Part shown: positions 47,628-53,215 of the stretch, in pieces
How the letters are laid out: the number at the start of each line of letters is the position of its first letter
Numbering within the stretch: the stretch's first letter is position 1
Origin: an uncultured Pseudomonadales bacterium
GTDB taxonomy: Bacteria > Patescibacteriota > Microgenomatia > UBA1400 > PJMF01
Direction of reading: 5' to 3'
Assembly: GCA_964457085.1 (NCBI GenBank)
Contig: CAYWDM010000007.1
Coordinates: forward strand, 1 to 53,215
DNA length: 53,215 nucleotides
The notes under the pieces: generated by a model
Database searches by the model: none
What the model was told of the DNA's origin: nothing
The model's input: only the letters and a program-made list of their open reading frames with translations
Translations under genes and position numbers: made by a program

Positions 47628-49077
47628 TTTCGTCAATAATTGCCGCACCAAACTTTTCAATTAGTCCTCTACCCATTCCGGGTACATGCCAAAGTTGTCT
47701 TGTTTCTGTTGGTTGCAAAATACAGAGCCAAACAAGTGTGTTGATTGGAATTGATAATTGATCTGAGTGTACAGTTGGGACAATTTTTTCTTTTAATTTA
47801 ATTAACATGGTTTTTTGTTGTATGGTTAGGGTAATTTTATCGTGGCAGTTACTACAATGACCACAAAAAAACGGCACTTCAGTTTCTCCAAAATAGGTAC
47901 CGATTTCATAATTTAAACAATTTTTAACTTCACAAAAACGGTACATTGCAAATACTTTTTTTTGCTTATTCAGCAATTCTGTTTTGTTTTTTTGTTCAAG
48001 TGGTGCGAGTAGGCTTTGATGAATTTTAATATCACTATTTGTATAACAAAGTGCACTGGCTGAGTGTTTGCCATCTCTGCCAGCTCGTCCGATTTCTTGG
48101 CAAAAGTTTTCAATTGATGCTGGCATTTGCCAGTGACAAATAAATCTAATATTTGATTTATCTATGCCCATACCAAATGCAGTTGTGGCAACTAAGACAT
48201 CGAGCTGGTTACTGATAAATTGTTTCTCAGTTTTGATCCTGATTTCTGTGGCTAGTCCTGCGTGATAAAAACCAACAGCTCCATGAATTTGTTTGGGAAA
48301 TTTTGCTGAAAAATGGTCGATTAATTGGGCAACTTTTTCTGTTTCTTTTCTGGTAGAGCAATACACAATCATCGGAAAATTGCTAGATTGTGAGAGTTGC
48401 TGCATTAAGCACAGAGCTTTTTCAGTCGAATTCTGACAGGTAACTATTGAAATGTGCAGATTGCTACGCACTGCAGTTTGAGTGATTATTTTTGGCTGAG
48501 AAAGTTTTAGAGCCAACACCAACTCATTAATTGTTTCTGGAGTAGCGGTTGCAGTGAATGCTGCTACCGTTGGTCTTTTTGGTAGTTTTTGTAACCATGT
48601 ACAAATTTCGACATAAGCTGGTCGGAACGCATTTCCCCACTCTACTAAGCAATGTGCTTCATCGATCACAACTAAACTAATGACATTTGGTTGAAGTGCC
48701 CGAAGTAATTTTCTTGAGTGTAATTGTTCTGGGGATATATAGAGTATTTTAGTTTTTTGATGGTGAATATTTCGTAGTGTCAACAATTTTTGTCTCAGTG
48801 AAATTTGACTAGAAATAGTTGCTGCACTAACTCCTAGTAAGCTTAGTTTGGTGACTTGATCGTTAATGAGTGACAACAAAGGTGAAATGACGATGGTTAA
48901 TCCTGGAAAAATTACAGCAGGAAGCTGGAAACAGAGCGATTTTCCGCCACCAGTTGGTAGCACTGCAACAATATCTTGGTTCGCTAGAATTGTAGTGATA
49001 ATAGGGAGCTGACTGGGTCGCAGAGATGGTAATTTAAAGACATCGTAGAGCACTGCCACAATGTGAGGGTCAATCAT
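47560..49077 (-). CDS. recQ: RecQ-family DNA helicase
   Basis: LPTGGGKSLCFQLP, DEAHCL.EWG.AFRPAY, TATA, ATTAFGMGIDK, QEIGRAGRDG, Zn-binding CGHCSNC. Likely start at 49077. Confidence 0.95.
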   Translation of the reverse strand: MIDPHIVAVLYDVFKLPSLRPSQLPIITTILANQDIVAVLPTGGGKSLCFQLPAVIFPGLTIVISPLLSLINDQVTKLSLLGVSAATISSQISLRQKLLTLRNIHHQKTKILYISPEQLHSRKLLRALQPNVISLVVIDEAHCLVEWGNAFRPAYVEICTWLQKLPKRPTVAAFTATATPETINELVLALKLSQPKIITQTAVRSNLHISIVTCQNSTEKALCLMQQLSQSSNFPMIVYCSTRKETEKVAQLIDHFSAKFPKQIHGAVGFYHAGLATEIRIKTEKQFISNQLDVLVATTAFGMGIDKSNIRFICHWQMPASIENFCQEIGRAGRDGKHSASALCYTNSDIKIHQSLLAPLEQKNKTELLNKQKKVFAMYRFCEVKNCLNYEIGTYFGETEVPFFCGHCSNCHDKITLTIQQKTMLIKLKEKIVPTVHSDQLSIPINTLVWLCILQPTETRQLWHVPGMGRGLIEKFGAAIIDEINYMQTTTPMTTDELDFLPLEK

Positions 49078-49111
49078 GTGCCACTCTACAACACTAGAAC
49101 CGACATATAAG

Positions 49112-49399
49112 CTATTTTTTGGGCAACAAACTTTGTAGCCAACCAATTCGGTTGCCTACCAAATCACCACGACGATTTAATGAGGTCTTTACGGGGTCGT
49201 TAGCAGCAGGAATGGCTCGATTCAAACGAGTTCTATCTTGGCTCAATTGTTTAATTTGAGATTGAGTGTGTGCTTCTGATGCCGCTTTCGCAGATTGAAA
49301 CTCTGTTTTGACACGAGCAAGCGGATTGACTGGACTACGAAATTTGGAAATACCATTTGCTCGAGGTGCGGGTCGGGAGAGTATCTGTTTGAGTGACAT
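49112..49399 (-). CDS. Small basic hypothetical protein
   Basis: 95-aa ORF starting 2 nt after the upstream gene's stop. Confidence 0.5.
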   Translation of the reverse strand: MSLKQILSRPAPRANGISKFRSPVNPLARVKTEFQSAKAASEAHTQSQIKQLSQDRTRLNRAIPAANDPVKTSLNRRGDLVGNRIGWLQSLLPKK

Positions 49400-49401
49400 G
49401 A

Positions 49402-50760
49402 TTAGCCTCTAGACCCTTTAAAAATTGCATTCATCTCACCAATGATATATGCCTGCCTTTTTTCTTGGAGCTTATTCTTTTCTGGTTTTGAATCTGGCTC
49501 AGGTGCGTGTCCCGCTGCATCAGAAGTTTTCACATCGTCCAATGTCGTAGCAGCATCTGGGGCAGGAACCTCGGTAACTGTCGTCGCTGCAGTGTTTTCA
49601 TTATCTGGACTAGCAGCATCAGTAACAACTTTGTCTGGGTCGTCAAGATTTTTTGTTTGCTCTGCAATAGCTTCTTGGTGATTATTCAAAATATCTGAAA
49701 ATGAAAGACCAAGTGCACTTGCAATATTATCTGCTGAGCCATTCTTTTCGGCTTGGATTGGTTTATCACTCAGCACATCATCAGGTGATGATGGGATCAA
49801 ACCAGGCTCTGTTGAGTCCAGTGGTGCAGTTGCTGTTTGTGATTCCTCAGTGTGTGATTGTTTGCTGAACTCAACTTCTAGTTGTTTTACTCGAGCAGCA
49901 ATAAGTACCACGAATCGTTTGTAATCTATAGTTAGCACACCTTCTCTCATTTCTTCAAAGGAGGTTAAGTAATCTCTATCTCCCCCAGACTCAGTTTCGA
50001 AATTATGACCAGTTGCTGCTTCAACTGATAACAATAGTTTGTTCATTACACTGTCGTATCTTTGGTTTGGCGGCACTTCTTCTAAATCTGCTAGTCCAGG
50101 TACTAGTTGACCGTATTCAACTCCAATATGGTAGCCACCGGTAAACTCAACAATATCGGGTGATAAAACTCGATATTTTTTAAACAGATTAATCGCACTT
50201 TCAGAATACAAACTAAATTTCGTGAGTCGGTCGGCTAAATGGCTCGATTTTTCGGCGATTTTTTTGAGTTTTTCAATATCAGTTTGATTTTGAGCATTTA
50301 CTGCCAAATCTCGAGTTTCAACTTCAATTTTTGCTCGATGTGAGTGTAGGTATGCCACATCAGACCATGCCTGTTCCATGATTATTTGGGAACGTAATTC
50401 ACGAATGGCAACGATTTTTTGTTTAATTTTTTGTTGTTCATCAGATTCTGTTTCTTGTCCAATTTTTCCTGTCCACTCGCCAATGTCTTTTTCTAATCGG
50501 TCAACAATGACTGTTCTTTCTTGGTAAGTTCGGTTGTTGAAAACAAAAATTTTTTCATCAGACTCAAACTCACGCTTTAAAACATGTTCTTGCCAATACT
50601 CTGTGGCTTGATCAGACACCAAGTCAGTTTGGTCGAAAAAAACTTCAAAAGTTGCTTCTGCAACTTCAGGTTTTTCTTCTATCTCTGGAGTTTTCTCGTT
50701 AGTTTCCTTCCAGGGATCAAGTGCTTGAGCGACGGGTAGTGTTGTGGTTGGATCAGTCAT
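49402..50760 (-). CDS. Acidic hypothetical protein (coiled-coil plus low-complexity C-terminal region)
   Basis: 452-aa ORF. No motif recognised. Confidence 0.65.
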   Translation of the reverse strand: MTDPTTTLPVAQALDPWKETNEKTPEIEEKPEVAEATFEVFFDQTDLVSDQATEYWQEHVLKREFESDEKIFVFNNRTYQERTVIVDRLEKDIGEWTGKIGQETESDEQQKIKQKIVAIRELRSQIIMEQAWSDVAYLHSHRAKIEVETRDLAVNAQNQTDIEKLKKIAEKSSHLADRLTKFSLYSESAINLFKKYRVLSPDIVEFTGGYHIGVEYGQLVPGLADLEEVPPNQRYDSVMNKLLLSVEAATGHNFETESGGDRDYLTSFEEMREGVLTIDYKRFVVLIAARVKQLEVEFSKQSHTEESQTATAPLDSTEPGLIPSSPDDVLSDKPIQAEKNGSADNIASALGLSFSDILNNHQEAIAEQTKNLDDPDKVVTDAASPDNENTAATTVTEVPAPDAATTLDDVKTSDAAGHAPEPDSKPEKNKLQEKRQAYIIGEMNAIFKGSRG

Positions 50761-50868
50761 TGTAATTAGCCTATCACAGGCATGATCATGCTGAAAGTTG
50801 AAAAGTAGTAGCTTAAGATATGGTTCTACTCTGTTTCTTGTACTGCTGTAATTTGCTACTATGGATAG

Positions 50869-51669
50869 GTGTTAAGTGATGAAATTTTTCCTATACCTCT
50901 ATCTGAACCATGGCCAAGGGTGATGGTAAGTCCGGTGTTACCACAGCAAAAATTGTCCCGACGCGAAAAAGAAACCGAGACAGTTACCAGCTCGCAATCC
51001 TCGCAGTTAGCTGCCACGGTTTTTTTCTTACTTAGCCTAGTACTTGTGTTTGCATGCACTTGGCTGTTGTGGAGGGTTTGGGGTTTGGCGAGAGAGGTTA
51101 GGGAGTTGCGAGCTGTTGAAAGTCAACGTCGGTTGTCTTTGATTGCCCCAAGTGGCACTGCTCAATCTGAGGATACTGTAATTGCCTCAACTGATGAAGC
51201 TAGTCTGAATATTGCGACTAAATCAGTGGTGGTATCTCCAACTCCAGATATACTCACAAAACTGCCTGGTGATTGGGAAAAGTTTGCATTTCCTGATGTA
51301 CGGCTAACGATGTTTGCTCCACCTGGATATCACAGTGACTTACAGCTGTTTGATACTAAAGAATACTTGATTCGATTTTGGCAGGGTGCTGATATGGGTG
51401 GTGCAAAAATTACTGTGGTTATCAAACCAAACTGGAATGGTTTGGAGGAATTTAAAGATAAACCGAGAACCATTCGACTCAATCGAGGGATATTTGCAGC
51501 CAAAATTGATCCACCCACTAAAGAAAAACAAACTCAGGAGCACTATCAAACCAGCTATGTGTTTGAATACAATTCAAAGGTCTATCAAATGATTTGTGTG
51601 CACGATTGGCAAGCTGCATTAGTTAGCCAATGTAAGTCAATGATCGAGACTACTGAACTTGGCGGGTAG
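50869..51669 (+). CDS. Single-pass membrane protein with an extracytoplasmic domain
   Basis: TM ATVFFLLSLVLVFACTWLLW, Ser/Thr/Pro linker, WEKF...P.G domain start. GTG start 6 nt after TGC-TACTAT. Confidence 0.65.
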   Translation: MLSDEIFPIPLSEPWPRVMVSPVLPQQKLSRREKETETVTSSQSSQLAATVFFLLSLVLVFACTWLLWRVWGLAREVRELRAVESQRRLSLIAPSGTAQSEDTVIASTDEASLNIATKSVVVSPTPDILTKLPGDWEKFAFPDVRLTMFAPPGYHSDLQLFDTKEYLIRFWQGADMGGAKITVVIKPNWNGLEEFKDKPRTIRLNRGIFAAKIDPPTKEKQTQEHYQTSYVFEYNSKVYQMICVHDWQAALVSQCKSMIETTELGG

Positions 51670-51676
51670 CCTTTTT

Positions 51677-52189
51677 TTAGAGTGCTGCTTTTATGTTATT
51701 CCCAAAAAAATGTAGGGTTTTTGATTGTAGACTCTTAAAATTCAGAATCGCTAAGTAGCCATATCCAAATAGCAAATCGCCAATGAGTGTGCGAGTGTAA
51801 AATGGCACAGCCAAACCGTAGCAGATGAGTAATTTTGCTAGTGTGTGATCATACCAATACCACCAGACCCCAAAGTTAGAGATCAAAAAGAATAAGAATG
51901 AAGCTAATGGCAGTAACAGCATTTTTTTCTTGAGACTATTTTTAGCAATTAGTCCGAGCAGCGGATAGCATGCAAAGCCAATATAGGTCAGCCAAAATCC
52001 TGGATAGATACCTTTAATCAGCAAATCGAATGCCAGAATGGAAATACCGTATAAAAGTGGATTGCCAAAGAAGCCTAGGCTACCTAGTGGACTAATGTTG
52101 GCGGGTAGCAAACCAAATCTGGAAATAAAAACTGCCCCAGCTGCAAGAGACTCGCTAAAAAATTTATTTGGTTGGAGTGACTGCTTCAT
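51677..52189 (-). CDS. DUF6580-like / ECF S-component-like membrane protein
   Basis: NISPLGSLGFFG, SFLFFLISNFGVW, L..CY..AVPFY..TL.GDLLF. Confidence 0.75.
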   Translation of the reverse strand: MKQSLQPNKFFSESLAAGAVFISRFGLLPANISPLGSLGFFGNPLLYGISILAFDLLIKGIYPGFWLTYIGFACYPLLGLIAKNSLKKKMLLLPLASFLFFLISNFGVWWYWYDHTLAKLLICYGLAVPFYTRTLIGDLLFGYGYLAILNFKSLQSKTLHFFGNNIKAAL

Positions 52190-52595
52190 ATACAAATTTG
52201 ATGATATCACCTTTCGCTAGTTTGGTTTGACTAGCACCCTGTTCTGCGTATTTGTCATTCAGATAAAATGCCCAATAATAATTGCTGTTTCCCTCAAGTC
52301 CATTAATACTGTTTACAAATTTTCCTGCTTCACCATAGTCCTTGGTTTCGATAGTGGCATTTTCCTGGATTAAATCTAAGGCAATTTGGCCGCTAACAGT
52401 TGCAGTGAATTCGTAGCTGGCTTTTCTTTTTGTAGATTCAGTTGCTGTAGTGGTTTCGGAAGCAGGTGTAACTGTAGGTATTTCAGTTGAGATGATAGTT
52501 GTAGTGGTGTCAGCGGTTTTTTTTGTAAGGGTGCATGCTGACAAAAGGAATGAAGAGGCGACGACTAATACAAAGATGTGTATGATTTTTTTCAT
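52164..52595 (-). CDS. DUF4430 (transcobalamin C-terminal-like) lipoprotein
   Basis: Lipobox LSAC, Thr-rich linker, GKFVNSINGL...YWAFYLN...GA...L..GD.I.F.Y. Confidence 0.85.
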   Translation of the reverse strand: MKKIIHIFVLVVASSFLLSACTLTKKTADTTTTIISTEIPTVTPASETTTATESTKRKASYEFTATVSGQIALDLIQENATIETKDYGEAGKFVNSINGLEGNSNYYWAFYLNDKYAEQGASQTKLAKGDIIKFVYEAVTPTK

Positions 52596-52627
52596 AGTGA
52601 GGTGAATGCTGGATGACAACCAGTCGC

Positions 52628-53146
52628 TTATTCTATCACCCCTGAAACATGTCCATAAAATGTAGCAGCATCTTCTCTTCTCTGCTTGAGGAAATAGGAC
52701 TTCATAAGTTCTTTTGATTTTTCTTTAAGGTCGTCAAATAGATCATTTTCGATGGTGATGTTTTTGAAGAATTTTTCAAACTGTGGCTGCTGTTGTAGCG
52801 AAAGAATGCCGCCTTTGTGAGGATCAGTAAGTGCAGAGTAAATATGAGTGACATTTGTTCGTGCTAAGAAAAAACTACAGCCATAGCAAGGCTCGAGTGA
52901 AGTAAACAGAGTTAATTTACCCTCGTTGTCTTTATTAGCTTTATTTGCCAGGGTGCGAATACCGAGAATCTCTGCATGGGCAGTGATGTCATCATGTGTA
53001 GTGCATTCATTCATGGCAGCAGCCTGCACCACTCCACTGTCATCCACAAATACTGCACCGATAGGATAATTTCCCTGTTCTAGTGCTGTTGCTGCTAGTT
53101 GTAGAGTTTGTTCTAAATAGTGTCTGATTTGATCTTGGGAAAACAT
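52628..53146 (-). CDS. Zn-dependent nucleoside/tRNA deaminase (TadA/CDA-like)
   Basis: PIGAV, TAHAEI, LEPCYGC. Likely start at 53146, 6 nt after TGC-TATACT. Confidence 0.85.
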   Translation of the reverse strand: MFSQDQIRHYLEQTLQLAATALEQGNYPIGAVFVDDSGVVQAAAMNECTTHDDITAHAEILGIRTLANKANKDNEGKLTLFTSLEPCYGCSFFLARTNVTHIYSALTDPHKGGILSLQQQPQFEKFFKNITIENDLFDDLKEKSKELMKSYFLKQRREDAATFYGHVSGVIE

Positions 53147-53215
53147 GGAATAAGTATAGCAAAAAGACACTGTTGATTTTGGGGAAAGAGGACTTACCCC
53201 ATCACGTTCATGATT

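Noticed and set aside
827-52220. Numerous 60-136-aa ORFs nested in or antisense to long genes; possible alternative genetic code
   Set aside because: These are shadow ORFs without motifs. Conserved genes are full length under code 11 and several end in TGA, so there is no evidence of recoding.

Overview
Chromosomal window from a reduced-genome bacterium, most likely Patescibacteria/CPR (Microgenomates-like); this is inferred from gene style and content, not from a database match. It holds the 5' end of a 16S rRNA gene with its promoter and four tRNAs (Arg-TCT, Arg-CCG, His-GTG, Gln-TTG). Core genes are mnmA, uvrA/B/C, hemW, gpmA, pyk, recQ, flavodoxin, a cyclophilin and an RRM protein. It also holds an ATP-grasp/aspartic-protease/7TM peptide-ligase operon, a cell-surface modification region (SGNH, GT-C, DegT, Gfo, ABC-2, methyltransferases) and a probable B12-uptake pair. 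Highlights: (1) an Elp3 gene head-to-head with a Trm9/ALKBH8-like methyltransferase next to tRNA-Gln(UUG), with mnmA in the same window, suggesting a eukaryote-type mcm5(s2)U34 pathway in a bacterium; (2) a 3.9-kb integrase-free cassette flanked by a cryptic, internally deleted copy of the mnmA 3' end and carrying a GHKL-ATPase/transglutaminase-like/TM fusion; (3) widespread leaderless-type promoters; (4) a dual-coding overlap between a transglutaminase TM anchor and the UvrC GIY-YIG start. All protein calls come from motif recognition by eye; no searches were run.
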